64,000 nucleotides of DNA from Mobula hypostoma (GCF_963921235.1 NC_086097.1:99636001-99700000), one strand, 5' to 3'. Positions 39,050 through 52,635 are shown, counted from the stretch's first letter. Notes: generated by a model from the sequence alone, not told the origin. A program made the numbers and translations.

Positions 39050-40323
39050 ATAGAGAAAAGGAAAAAAAAACCCAAAAAAACCCACCGTGCAACTAAACTA
39101 AAAGCAAAGCAAAGCAATGGGCTAACTTGGAACCAAATAGAGTTAAAGAACTTAAAATCACGTCCTCAAACCCAACCTCCATTAAAAACAGTAAAAAAAA
39201 ACAAGAAGGGTACATAAATATGGAGCAAAAAAGAGAAGGAAAAAAAATTACATTAAATGAAAATATTGAATAAAAGATCTCCAGGTCTGTTCAAATTTAA
39301 GTGAGGAATCATAAAGATTGCTTCTAATTTTCTCCAAATTCAAGCATAGTATCGTCTGAGAAAACCAAAAAAAGGTGGTTGGAGCGTTAAGCTCTTTCCA
39401 ATGTTGTAAGATACATCTTTTCGCCATTAAAGTAAGAAATGCAATCATTCTACGGGCTGAAGGAGAAAGATTACTGGAAATTTTAGGTAGTCCAAAGATA
39501 GCAGTAATAGGGTGAGGAGAGATATCTATATTCAATACCTTTGAGATAATATTAAAAATGTCTCTCCAAAAAGTTTCCAGAGTAGGACAAGACCAAAACA
39601 TATGAGTTAAAGAGGCTATCTGCCCCGGACATCTATCACAAAAAGGATTAATATGAGAATAAAAGCGAGCTAATTTATCTTTGGACATATGTGCTCTATG
39701 AACAACTTTAAATTGAATTAGGGAATGTTTAGCACAAATAGAGGAAGTATTGACTAATTGTAAAATCTGCCCCCAGTCATCCACGGAAATGATAGACCCC
39801 AGTTCCTGTTCCCAATCTACCCTAATCTCATCAAATGGAGCTTTCCTAAGTTTCATAATAATATTATAAATCATAGCCGATGCACCTTTCTGACATGGAT
39901 TAAGGTGAACTATAGTATCTAAAATGTATGTAGGAGGAAGCATTGGAAAAGAAAAAAGTATAGTACTTAGGAAATTTCTAACTTGCAGATGTCTAAAAAA
40001 ATGTATTCTTGATAAATTATATTTATTAGATAATTGTTCAAAAGACATAAGGGAACCATCTAAAAATAAATCCAAAAACCGTGAAATACCCTTAGTCTTC
40101 CAAATTTGAAAAGCACGATCCGTAAAAGAGGGAGGCAAAAATATGTTACCTAAAATAGGAATCGCTAGCCCAAATTGGTTAAGATCGAAAAATTTTCTAA
40201 ATTGGAACCAAATACGTAAGGTATATTTAACTATCGGGTTAGCTAACTGCTTAAGGCATTTCAAATCAAAAGGAAGAGAGGAACCTAAAATAGAGCCAAG
40301 TGTATAGCCCTGAACAGATTGTA
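38841..40323 (-). mobile_element. L1-clade LINE 3' portion with 13-bp TSD GCAATGTATTTTC
   Basis: Open ORF2 C-terminus with CDRC...THMFWSC knuckle, AATAAA and A-rich tail. TSD at 38828-38840 and 40324-40336. Confidence 0.92.
39015..39047. repeat. (TA)n microsatellite in the L1 3' UTR
   Basis: Directly visible. Confidence 0.9.
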
Positions 40324-42828
40324 GCAATGTATTTTCAAAAAGGCTACATATCATAGTTATCATGAACCTCTGGTAGAAGGAATAAACTGGCAAATGGGGA
40401 AAATGATCAGATGACTACTTTGTACTGAACGTGTGTTATTGGCTGATCTTATCCATACCATTATAATCTCAATGTACTTGTTCCGAAGCTCATGGAAAAG
40501 CTTTACGGAGTCAAGAGGCCTGCCATCTACCACAGCATACTCAGTCTCTGACCTGCTCTAAAGTCACAAATCAACTTTAAAAAAATAAATCTAACTCCAA
40601 GACCCAAGGTGGAATTTATCTTCCATCTGTTTTAAATTGAAGTAAGGGAGCAACATATATAAACACAAGAACATAAGAAAGTGGGAGCAGCAGCAGCTTG
40701 TCTGGCCCCTCAGGGCTGTCCAATCGTTTAGTATGCCCATGTCTGATCTGTCCTACGTCTCAATTCCTCTTCTGTGCCAGTTCTCCATGACCTTGAATTT
40801 CTAATTTTTGAAAGATCGATTCATCTTCTCTATAAGTACTATTAATAACCCTTCCTCCAACACCTTCAGATATCCACCACTCAGATAATAAATTCCTATG
40901 CACTTCAATTTTAAATGACCAATTAGGTCCCTCTGTTTGAGTGCAAACATCTCAATATCTGTCATGCCTCCTTAAGATCTCCTGCTTCAATGAGGTCATT
41001 CTTCTAAACTCGAGGCAATTCTGTCTCATTCAGCCAATCCCCAGATGTAAGCAGGATTGGCATGAAGTATAGGTGCCCAAATCCAATTTCATCCATTCTT
41101 TACTTCATTACCTTAAGGAAATTGAATACAGTGATGAACTTAGAAATATTGTATTTCTGGAGATTAATTCTGGGGATTGGTCATACAATGGCAGATGAAA
41201 TTTCACATATTTGGTTGGTATATTTTTTATTAATCACATCTCCTTTCCCTACATTTCAGATAATTTGACAAGCATCATTCTGTACTAACCCTTCTATCAT
41301 ACACAAGTTTACTTTAGGCTTGTTATTCAATCATTTATCTTTTAATGAATGGAAGTTTGATTTTCTCATTTATTTCCTTACACCTCAGTCCAATTACCAT
41401 GGCAGCTTTCTCATTTTTTTGCACATACTGTGAAAGCCTGAGGATATCACCTACAGTATATTACTGGGGGATACAGTACCATATGTAATCAAAGTAGTGG
41501 TATGCAACATGATTTCTTTATGGTTTACATTTCATAGTACACTCTACTACCTCAATAAAAAGTTACAAATGTCAAACATGACTTGTCCATTACAAATTTG
41601 CTAATGCTTCTGTTCTTTCTAGTTCAAATAACTGTCTAAAAATAGACATTAGTGTCCTCCCCACAACTGATAATTGACTAAATAGACTTATAATCTTCAA
41701 GTTTCCCTTCTATATAATTGCAAATAATCTTTTATTATTGCATTGATTTGTTAAACTGTATTTCCTTCAATTTTCCTTCTAATCTTCAACAACTTGTGTT
41801 TGCCTGGGTTGAATTTGCATGTACTACTCAAGGCTAACAAACAGAATTAAACAAGTAAGCCAAAAAGCATCATTTGCAAATTTCAATACAGCTCCTGTTC
41901 GCAGAGTCTGAAGCCATAATACAATGACTGCTTCCAAAGTCCAAAGATTAAAGTGAAAAGTCAAGCAATAACAACTTACACAACAAAGATCTGTTATAAT
42001 TATTATCGCTAACCTAACCTAGGTCAACACCATGCATGGTACTCAAGAAACCAAAGAATACGATTTCATAGGGACAAGTCATATTACAGCATAACAACCT
42101 GACAAGAACCCACCAGGATATTAACTATATCGGTTGAGATTCTGAAATGGTCAGTATTGCATCAGATTGAGTTGTGCCAGCCAACTTGTTCACTATTACT
42201 GATATTTTTGGATTGAAAGGTTACCCCTATGGCTGGTTATCAGCCCAAGCACACTTAGGCTGGGGTTGGGTTTTAATCTTCTCCTGGAATACATCCCAAT
42301 CAGCGTCATAACAAAATGTTTGAAAATGTTATGTTTCTTCTTGATGTAATTTTGGGCCATGGACAACAAGGTCAAAAATTATGCACCACACTTTATATTT
42401 AAAGTATAACAAAGAAATATAGGTCCACAACTAGGTGACTGTTCAGTGCATGGTAACAAAAGAATGCAACTTATGACAGGAGAATTGCATACTTAACAAT
42501 GTTTGAATTTTTGTGAAACATTAGTTTTAAAAAAGGATTAAAGAGATCAGCCATAGCCGGAGCAGTTAAGAACATCCTGTGCGAGAAATTAGAGCCAGAA
42601 ACTGCTGGGTCTTAGATGAACAGCTGGGAGATGAGATTAACCTGAAGTCCTATTCAACCAGCATGGACAGGATGGCCTTTTTCTGTTCCATGACTTTCAA
42701 TGATTTTATTTTGAGTGCTTCAAAACAAAAATCAACTGTTAAACCTTGGCATAATTTTCATTTAGGTTTTGAAGTCCAGCAGTAACCATCAGGACAACCT
42801 AGATCTACTTCCACCACTTTTTTTTCCT

Positions 42829-43074
42829 TAGATGTCAGGGGTAAGTGTTTCTTTTTTTTTACACAGAGTGGTGAGTGCTTGGAATGGGCTGCCAGCGGCG
42901 GCAGTGGAGGCGGATACAATAGCGTCTTTTATGAGACTCCTGGATGGATACATGGAGCTTAGAAAAATAGAGGGCTATGGGTAAGCCTAGGTAGTTCAAA
43001 GGTAAGGATATGTTTGGCACAGCTTTGTGGGCCGAAGGGCCTGTATTGTGCTGTAGGTTTTCTATGTTTCTATG
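42829..43074 (+). mobile_element. CR1 3' tail fragment 40 bp from the OIP5 exon 3 donor
   Basis: Matches the 3' end of the 10988 and 35426 copies; ends tttctatgtttctatg. Confidence 0.85.
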
Positions 43075-43113
43075 ATTGAAGGCATTCTGAAAGTTAATAT
43101 GTAATAGCCTTAC

Positions 43114-43180
43114 CATTCTGCCAGAGGCCCTTCATACCCTACTAATATAGTAGGATCCAGGTGCACATTCTCTGTCACCC
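43114..43180 (-). CDS. OIP5: OIP5/Mis18-beta exon 3
   Basis: ttgctttcAG ... TG|GTAAGG, 67 nt, phase 1 to 2. (R)VTENVHLDPTILVGYEGPLAE(C) resembles OIP5 VTNNVVLEAPFLVGIEGSLKGS. Confidence 0.92.
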
Positions 43181-45225
43181 CTGAAAGCAAGACAGCAGAA
43201 GTCATCTTTGATTATTTTAATACCTCTTAATTAAAAAAATACCATAGTATTTAAGAAATAATCCCCTGTAAAGAAGCAGAATGTTATTACTTGGGGTAAA
43301 CAAAGACCAAGAGTCCAGCCAAAGCTTAAGCTAGAGACAATGGATTAGAAACCAACATATGGAGGATTTACTACAAATGTTTGTAGAAAGGCTGGTTATG
43401 CTTAAAGTAAAATTTTATCTAGAAAGGTTGAGGTAAAGCTGGTTGTGAGGGAAGTGGTATTGGACATTACAGATGGCATTTTGTAATACTCCAATTCTCT
43501 CTAGACACAGAAAGATGTCTAAGATTGGGAAATAGCAAATCTTCAACAAAAGGAAGTCATGGCACCAATTATAGGCCAATTTACTCAGTTGTGGTAATTC
43601 TTTAGAACAGGCAAGTAAATTTTTTAAATAATTTGGGAAGTTTGAATTAATCAAAGAAGGGTCAACATGGGTTAGTTAAAAGAAACTCCCATTTGATTTG
43701 CCTGACTAAGCCTTTTGATGCTGTAACAAAAATGGATGGAGAATGAAATGCTGCTAATTTAGATTTTTATAAGGCATTAAAAGGTTGCATACAAAAGCAG
43801 GGCTAGCAAGGCTAAGATCCATGGAATTAAAGAGCTAGTAACAAGAAATAAAACAGGAAACCAGCTTAAAGGTAGTGTTACATGGTGTTTATGTGTTGAA
43901 GTTCTTAAGACAGTGATGTTCTCCTGGGAAATAACCAGACACCACTGTGTTTTCTTAAAGGAATATGTTAATGACAGAAACGTGTGTGAAGGGGAGCATT
44001 TCCAAATTTGAAGGTTGATATCGAGCTCACAAGCATTATAAAATGATCTTGCAGATGAAAATGCAGAGAAAAGCAGAGAGATAATTTAATGCAAAATAAA
44101 TAAGAGAACCAATACATAGCTCCAAACTACATGGCAAAACAGAGGAACCTGGATAGCCACAAAACCTTGAAAGCAGCAGCACATAAGAGACATAGGATTC
44201 AAAATGAAGACAGACTACAAAGGCAGGGAATATAATGTAGGTTCTATAATAAATACTGCTCATCTCCAAACATTCAATGATAGTTGCTATATACCAAAGT
44301 AGGTACGCTGGGTTTATTTTTTGAGAACAAAGGAAGTTGAAGAGATATGAAAGACATACCAGATCACTTCAGGTTTACATAGGTATTTGCATTAGCAGAT
44401 TACTCAAGGACCAGTTGTTCCATTTGGCTAACTTCCAGTCGGCTTCATAGCAGTACAATTCATAAAACACAAGAAATTAAAAATTGGCTCATTCTGCTCC
44501 CTGTACTTGTACAGCCATTCATCAAGTTGTTTTTTTTTAAACTCAACACCATTTTCTTGCACTAAGCCCTCTCCATCTTGATTTCCTCAATATCTAAAAG
44601 TCTAGTAATCTATTGAATATGATCAATAACTGAATTGCAAAGAATCAGTACTACTTAGATGGAGATTTATTTATAAATCAGACTGGAATAGCCAGCCTTT
44701 TATTTTGAGACATTGACCTTTAGTTCCGGACTCCTAACTAGGGGACGTATCATTCCTCATCTAACACATCTAACCCTGTAAAAACTTCCCATGTTTCAAT
44801 GAAATTACTTCTCATTTATCTAAAACTAAGGAGTATTGTCCATATCTACTTAATCTCTCCTCATGCAACAACCCAAAACTCCCCAGACCCACAAACATTC
44901 AGTGACGATAAAGAGATCTATGGACAGAAAGTATAAAAAGGGAAGGACCATGAAGAAGCAAATAGACATCAAAGTAGAAAAAATATACTTCTCAAAGGAT
45001 TTCTGCACCTGTGCTCGTGCACTACCCCAGATCCTTAATTCTCCCAGAAAGAAGTTGGTTACTACCCAATTTAAGTATCATCAAATCGCAGAAATACATG
45101 GAAATTGAAGTGAAGCATCAATATTTGATAGCCAGAATCTCTCAGGCTCAACAGCCATTCAACATCCAAGGCAAGATTACAACAAAGCTTAAAATCACCA
45201 TCACCATACATCACCCAAATCTTAC

Positions 45226-45358
45226 TTAAACACATCAGCATGTTGAGTGTTGCGTTCGAACCACAGCACTGCAAAGAATCTCCTAACACAGTGTGGCACT
45301 TCTTGCATTGGAATATCACACAGTCTTTCACCTTCAGGAATCCCATCTCTTTATCCAT
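45226..45358 (-). CDS. OIP5: OIP5/Mis18-beta exon 2 (first CxxC)
   Basis: Acceptor cttttccAG, donor A|GTAAG, 133 nt. MDKEMGFLKVKDCVIFQCKKCHTVLGDSLQCCGSNATLNMLMCL resembles Mis18-beta CAVFQCAQCHAVLADS. Confidence 0.92.
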
Positions 45359-45460
45359 CTGGAAAAGATTCACAAAAAGATACACATAATGGTCAACAGG
45401 CATTTTAACTGGGATGTACAAATTAAGCAATTTTATTAAGTATATTGAACATAATATACT

Positions 45461-46085
45461 TATTGCGGGAGGGAAAGATGGCAGCGCGCCGCGTGTGCGC
45501 AGCCCTCCGGTGAAAATGATATCGTATCCGTTAAATAGGGGCCGTGGACAATTCTGATTTGATGGAGAATGGACGTGAAAGCACAGAGGAACATCTGGAG
45601 AAATTTCTGAAACACAGGTTCACTGCTGTTGTTACTGTGCGATCGAGAATCTTCCAGAGGGAAGGCCTCAAAATCCCCAGCTTTGCCTGCTGTTGGCAAC
45701 CGAAATTGAGGTCGAATCGTTCAGATAGAGATGGTGCTCGGTACTCGGTGTTGGAGAGCTGATCGGAGGCTCGAAATTTTCTGATGACTCAGAGTCAGAC
45801 TGTGGTCGGGCATGGCAGGGAGAGTTTTTCTTCCTTCTCCCGTCTGCGTGAGATGTGGGACATTTGAGAGACTTTGAACTTTTTACTGTGCCATGGACTG
45901 TTCTTCATCAAGTTATGGTATTGTTGCACTGTTGTAACTATATGTTATAATTATGTGGTTTTGTTAGTTTTTTTTCAGTCTTGGTCTGTCCTGTGTTTCG
46001 TGATATCACACCGGAAGAAATATTGTATCATTTCTTAATGCATGCATTACTAAATGACAATAAGAGGACTGCGTGTCTTCATAAT
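45461..46085 (+). mobile_element. Putative non-autonomous LINE-derived element (CpG-rich head + Rex1-like 3' UTR)
   Basis: Starts gcgggagggAAAGATGGCAGCG; ends with a T/G-rich tail and taaatgacaataagagga...cataat. No convincing ORF. Confidence 0.5.
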
Positions 46086-46299
46086 ATTAAAAAAACAGCT
46101 GCTTATTGCTTAGTGAAGATGTAAGAAAGTAACTGCCACTTATTCTTTAAATTTTTGATTCTTTAAGTAAATTAAAATTGATTTGTATATTACACATTGT
46201 AACATGATACACAGGAAGTTTCAAGGGCATACTATATCCAGTAAGCTTCCATAAAAATGGTTACAAATTCATCAACACCTCTTTCTATTCCTAATAAGA

Positions 46300-46895
46300 C
46301 GGCCATAAGTCATAGAAGCAGAATTAGGCCATTTGGCCCATCGAGTCTACTCTGCCATTTAATCAAGGCTGATCCCTTTTTCCCCCTCCTCAGCCCCACT
46401 CCCCGTAACCTTTGAAGCCATGTCCAATCAAGAACCTATCAAGCTCTGCCTTAAATATACCCAGTGACCTGTCCTCCACAGCTGCTTGTGGTAATAAATT
46501 CCACAACTTCACCACCCTCTGGCTAAAGAAATTTCTCTGCATTTCTGTTTTAAGTGGACACCCCTCTATCCTGAGGTTATGCCCTCTTGTCTTGGACTCC
46601 CTTTCCATGGGAAACATCCTTTTCACATTGACTTTGTCTAGGCCTTTCAACATTAGAAGCACATCTTTTCTTACATGAGGAGTCCAAAACTGTTCAAATG
46701 GTTACAATGCATATGCCTCCCTCACCAACCACCGACTCTATCTGCAAATTAATCCCTAGGGTGTTTTGTACAAGGACTCCCAAGTCCCTTTGCATCTTCT
46801 CCCAGTTTAGAACATAGTCTGCACATTTATTTCTACTACCAAAGTACATGACCATGCATTCCCCAACGTTGTATTTTATTTGCCACTCTCTTGCC
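46300..46895 (-). mobile_element. CR1 3' fragment
   Basis: KTRGHNLRI...RNFFSQRVVKLWN in ORF 46390-46662. Confidence 0.85.
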
Positions 46896-46917
46896 CTATA
46901 ATGGAATTTGGGATCAT

Positions 46918-49833
46918 CAGTAGTTCCCAAAGTGGGCAATATCGCCCCCTGGGGGCAGTGGGGGTTTCTACAAGGACAATAAAGATAAAGAGGGTAGTGG
47001 GCAATGTTCCCTCTAAGGTACATGAGCACACACATCTTTTGCTACTCGTGGACAAAGGAATTTAAATTGCACACAAAAGGTTGTCACCCTCTACCTCATT
47101 GGAATGTTAAGTATATTTCATGATCATTCATGATCACATTTGCTTTTCTGGTTTCTGATGCAGACGGTGCTGACAATGTGAAGTTTTGTGATGATTCATC
47201 TCCAGGTTTTAGAACTGGCTTATTTATATTATTTTTTATAATTATTCGGTGTGCACATGTTGTCGTCACTAGGTAAAAACCTGCACAGCACAAAATTTTT
47301 CGGCACTCCGGTCATTACAAATTAGAGAGAACTTTGCCAGTGGGTAAACACTTAGTAGCAAGGGGGGGCTACTGAAGGATTACAGGCTTAATTCAAGAAA
47401 TGAATTCCTTATTACAAGCATTTGATTCTCAGTGCCTCTTAATTGATTACAATAACTATGTAATCTCCTCATCTTTTGAAAACCCACTATTCTCTTAGAC
47501 TTAGCTCAAAGCACGTTATAGTCGTTGCAAAGCAATGTGGCATTTTTGCTTCTGGACTGAAGAAATCATGTTAGTTCTGGATGCAGCCTCCGCACTTTTG
47601 GCACTAGCTATGGTAGTACAGTGTTAGCTAGTATGATTCCCATACTCAAATCACACAGTGACGCAATTCATGTGAATTAAGGGATGGTGCTCAATGGGTA
47701 AAGTTCAGAATTTGTTCTTTCAAATGGTTTTGACCACATTTCTCTGGCTCACGGCCCAATCAAGATATCGCTGCCCCACTTTTACGTACTTTCATCAGAG
47801 AATCTGGTTTTGGCCTGAGTGCTGATGACATCATAACTTTCTCTTTTATTGATCACAGCACTTGAGGTTGAACTTAAGTAATAGTCAATTGACTGCGTCA
47901 TTAATCATAGCAAAAATGGCAGACGCAGACCAAAAGAAAAAGTAGTGTAGACATTATAGTGTGGAATATCTGAAATATGAATTTATACCAGCACCAAGCA
48001 ACCAACAGCAGCCAATGTGTCTGTTGTGTGAGAAAGGATTTTTCAAATAAGGAAATGAAACCATCCAGACTCCTTGAACATTTGAAGGGAATACTCTCTG
48101 ATAAAGCAAACAAGACCTTGGCTTATTTTCAGTTACACTGTGAAAACTCACAGAACCGAAAACACTTCAAAACACGTTTGCCAGCACCTCACAACCAAAC
48201 AGTGATGGTTTGCGTGCTTCATACAATAATTAATTGCAAAATCTGCCAGCAGTAAGAGGTTCTGAGTACGGTTTTGCACAAATCACCAGAGCAAATAATT
48301 AAAAGGATTCCGTTCAGCGACAATTGTTTGAAACTGTCCAAAATGTCTGAGCATGTGAAAGAAGCACTGTGCAACATACTTAGGATGATAGAATTTGCTC
48401 TGCAGTTGCAAGAGTCAACTTTGCCAGGCAATGAATCTTTGCTTCTTGGTTATGTTCACTTCATAAAAGATGAAAGCATGATTCAAGAGTTGTTATTTGC
48501 AAGATGATTAGACACAGATACAAAGGGGAAGTCAATATTTTAGGTTGCTCAGCAATTTTTCCAAAGAGAAGGACATTCCACTCACCAAAATTCCTGCTTG
48601 TGCACCAATGACAGGACGCCACCATGGAGTTACCACTTTCTTGAAAAAAGCTATACCTGACATACTTACCATTCACTGTGTTATTCACAGACAACCTCTT
48701 GTTACAAAAACCCTAAGTGATCAGTTGCACAAGTTGGTAAATTTTGTGGTAAATAAAATTAAGTCCCATGCTCTCAATTGTCGACTATTTTGAGAGCTTT
48801 GTATTGAGAATGATGAACAGTTTGAATGCTTGCTGTTGCACAAAGTCAGATGGCTCTCAAAAAGAAACTATCTGAGGTGCTTTTTGAAACTGTGATAAAA
48901 TTCTTTGAAGACTCAAATGATTCTTTCAAAAATCAACTCAAGAATATTAGGCAGAATTGTTCACCTAGTTTAATGAAATCAATCTTCAATTGCACGGAAA
49001 TGATGTGAATCTTATCAAAGTCGAATCAGCTGCCTCCACACTTTTGTCCAAATTAATCCCATTTAAGTGCAACATTCGCCGTCAGGACCCTTTCCAATTT
49101 CCAAGCCTCTCTGCTTTGGAAGAGAAGGAAAGAGTACCAGATGATGATCTTCAAATTCCAGATTGGGTAGTATATCCATTCCTGAAAACTTCTACTGCGG
49201 AATTAACAGGGAAGATGGAGGAAGAACTGATCTCACTACAGAAAGACTTTGAGCTGAAGCCAAGGTTCAAAAAAAAATTAAGACTTTTGGCTGCAAAAAT
49301 AAATCTCTAAACACTATCCTGCACTGTGGAAAAAGGTCAAGATGTTCTTTATTGCCTTTCCAATATCATATCTGGTGGAGCACGGTTTCAGGACAATTGT
49401 CCAACTTCTTTCAAAGCATCGAAAAAAAAGACTGCAAATTGCTGAACGTGGGGATCTGAGATTCCTCCTGAGTGACATTCAGCCTGATGTTGAGAACCTG
49501 ATACCACTGTATGAAGCCCATCCATCTCATTGAAAGGTGAAAAAGCACTGAAGCAGTGAATAGTTGGCGTACTAATGTACCCTCTAAACTGTTGATGAAA
49601 ATATTTTACTGTAATTAAAGAAATAACTATTTATAACTTTAAATAGATTTGAATAATGTTTGCAATTATTTGTCACTGCTTTGAATCTGCAGTTCCTGTT
49701 TTCTTTCACTATGCATCATAAATGCAAATAGTTTATAGTATTTTAGTAATGACCAGAAAGGAGGAGGGGGGAAGGAGAGATGTGGTCCAGAAGCCAAGAG
49801 GGCAGTAACCCAAAAAAGGTTAGGGGACCACTG
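46918..49833 (+). mobile_element. Decayed hAT (Charlie/Buster-like) DNA transposon
   Basis: TIRs CAGTAGTTCCCAA / TAGGGGACCACTG. Broken transposase about 47916-49533 with BED finger (PMCLLC...MKPSRLLEHL), IHCVIHRQ and a GDLR...AHPSH C-terminus. Confidence 0.88.
47002..47336. mobile_element. hAT-type MITE nested in the Charlie-like element
   Basis: TIRs CAATGTTCCCTCTAA / TTAGAGAGAACTTTG; 8-bp flanks gtagtggg / ccagtggg (6 of 8 match). Confidence 0.7.
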
Positions 49834-49924
49834 GTCTCGATAGAGGCAACACCTGTACTACATGAGAGCAAGGAGACTTGCTTTCCATGAAAACTGGTCA
49901 AATCACAATTTTCTGTAACATGAA

Positions 49925-50430
49925 GCAACACATGAAAAGCTGAAAGAACTCAGCAGGTCAGGCCACATCATTGCAGGGAAATGAAGAGTCGACGCTTCTA
50001 GCTGAAACCCTTTATCAGAACTGGAAAGAGGACAGAAGTAAAATACAAAGGGTGTGGAAGGGGGAGAAGCTCGAGTTTGTGGGTGAGAAGTGAATCCAGG
50101 TGAGTGGTGGAGGAGATAGGTAGATGGGAGGGGGGTGGGGGTGGAATTGGAAAATAATGAGAATGTAAAAGTTGATAGGTGGAAGAGGCAGATGCTAAAC
50201 AAGATCGAGTCATAGGGGAGGAGACCTACCTACCTGTCCCCAATCACTTGTTGATCATGTTCCCCACCAACCTCTCCCTCTTATTCTGACCTCTGCCCTC
50301 TTTCTTTCTAGTCCCGATGGAGGGTCTCAGCTGAAAACATCTACTGTTCATTTCCCTGCATAGATGCAACCTGACTTGCCAAGTCCCTCCGGATATTGTG
50401 CCACTCTAGATTTCCAGCATTTGCAATTCT
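49925..50430. mobile_element. Older Penelope terminal-repeat pair in inverted arrangement
   Basis: - copy about 49925-50215 and + copy about 50220-50430, each with a decayed CTGATGA...GAAAC core. Confidence 0.6.
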
Positions 50431-51114
50431 CCCTGTCTTTCTATAACATGAAATAGCATCATCATATATCAAGAAGTGATTTTTTTTTTAAAGTTGTGTT
50501 CATTTCATTTTTCCCCCCCACACAAAATCCAGGGGATATTTATTCTCCATCTCAAAATTTTGGGTAGTGATTTGTGAATTATGTTAGGGTAAATTTTTCA
50601 TAATCCAAATGGCCATAACACAGAAGTTACCTGTAATTATAATATCTAGATCTTTTTTAAATTCACAAGTTACTCTACAAGAGATTATTGCATCCCTAAT
50701 AAATTTCCTTGTAGATCATGCACATAAAACAAACGGAAAATATTCCAGCTTTTTCATCACGTCACTATATTGTAGTCTAAAACTAAAATTTGCCTTTATA
50801 CAGCTTGAAGGGTGATACTTAATCAAACAAATATGATCCTGTGAAATATAGCCTTCACTAAAATGGAAAACAGAAATATGACTACATTTAGTCCAAACAG
50901 TATTTGCCACAGGAATCAAAATATATCAAAATAGATCAACCAAATAGTTTTTCCAGTGGAACAACCATGCAGGACAACTGCTAGTGCAATCGATGCTCCC
51001 TATTTAGTGAATACATTCAATCCTTGAATACTCTTTCTCCTATTTACGAGACTATTAGTGTTATGCATCTTAACTCCATCTATTGCTGTGGTTCTAAAAA
51101 GCCTTAGTAATTTA

Positions 51115-52635
51115 TGAATTGAATTGACTTTATTTCTTACACCCTTCATATACAGTACATGAGTAAAAATCTTTACATTACGTCTCTGTCTAAATGCACA
51201 ATTTATAGTAATTTGTAATCAACAGTATGTACAACAGGACAGTCAACGTAACGTAGAAATACAATTGTGTCAGCGTGAATTAATCAGTCTGATGGCCTGG
51301 TGGAATAAGTTGTCCCGCAGCCTGCTGGTCCTGGCTTTTATGCTGTGGTACTGTTTCCCAGGTGGTAACAGCTGGAACAGTTTGTGGTTGGGTGACTCGG
51401 GTCCCCAATGATCCTCCGGGCCCTTTTTACACACCTGTCCTTGTAAATGTCCTGATTAGTGGGAAGTTCACAACTACAGATGCGCTGGGCTGTCCGCACC
51501 ACTCTCTGCAAGGGGGGTACAGTTCCCATACCAGGCAGTGATGCAGCCAGTCAGGATGCTCTCAATTGTGCCCCTACCTATTCTACAGCTGTTGAACCAC
51601 CTTCAACAGCTTTCCAGAGGAATGCCAGGTTTTTATTGAAATATGCATGAAGATGCACTTGCCAACAGCAGAATATTTCCAATAAACAAAAAAATAACTG
51701 AATTGTCATCTAAATGCCTGCAGCTGAGGCTCCATGCAAACCAGCTTTTAAATGGCATCCACAGAGTTCAAGAACATGATAGAGTTTAAAACAGAACAAA
51801 CAACAGCTTTTTGTTGAACCTGTAAGCATGTCACAAGTTGACTTTTTCTGATTATCTTAAAATAACTGCAGCATTCAGTGGAAATGATCTCAGCTATTTC
51901 AATCCATCAGAGCAAGTCAGTGTCATTACGGAGGATCCATTCAGCCTGTCAATTCCATGATGGTCCTCTGTAGAGCAACCCAGACAGCCCCATCTCACTG
52001 CATGGTTATTTCTCTCAATCATTGACCATTTCCATCGACACAGCCTCATAGACAGCAATATCATTATTGCTCACGGAGAAACATTTTCCTTCATCTCACC
52101 CAGAAACGATGCCCAAAGCCACCTTGAACAAATGTCTCCTAGTTTTTGTACCATCGATTTGGCACAGCTGATACAACCGATACAACCACTGCCTTTAAGC
52201 CCCAGTGACCCAAGTTCAATCTTAACATCAGATGGCGTTGGTGTGGAGTTCGCTTTTTGTCCCTGTGACAATATAGGTTTCCGCCCACCCCTCACAGAAG
52301 TAAATTGAATTGAATTGAGTCTATTACTTACATCCTTCATATACATGAGTAAAAATCTTTATGTTACATCTCCATCTAAATGTGTATTATAGTAATTTAT
52401 AATCAATATAACACAGAAATACAGTTGTGTCAGCATGAATTAATCAGTCTGATGGCCTGGTGGAAGAAACTGTCCTGCTGGTCCTGGCTTTTATACTGCG
52501 GTATCGTATCCCGGATGGTAGCAGCTGGAACAGTTTGTGGTTGGGGTGACTTGGGACCCCCAATGGTCCTTTGGTTCCCATTCCTAGCAGTGATGCAGCC
52601 AGTCAGGATGCTCTCAATTCTGCCCCTATAGAAAG
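51115..52635 (-). mobile_element. Two Rex1/Babar-like 3' fragments (51115-51575 and 52300-52635)
   Basis: Same sequence as 6215-6700 (LQRVVRTAQRIC, (TTCAA)n tail). Confidence 0.75.

Noticed and set aside
28927..45358. Assignment as MIS18A or a YPEL gene
   Set aside because: Exon 3 (LVGYEGPL), exon 4 (LRGLYCL) and the last exon (LKRQIVETHYRL) fit Mis18-beta/OIP5 better.
47916..49533. Domesticated ZBED/SCAND3-like gene
   Set aside because: Multiple stops and frameshifts with TIRs still present: a dead transposon.
50630..50776. Possible extra OIP5 exon (ttttag ... cag|gtaac on -)
   Set aside because: Stop codon in the required frame and no homology; cannot be supported.
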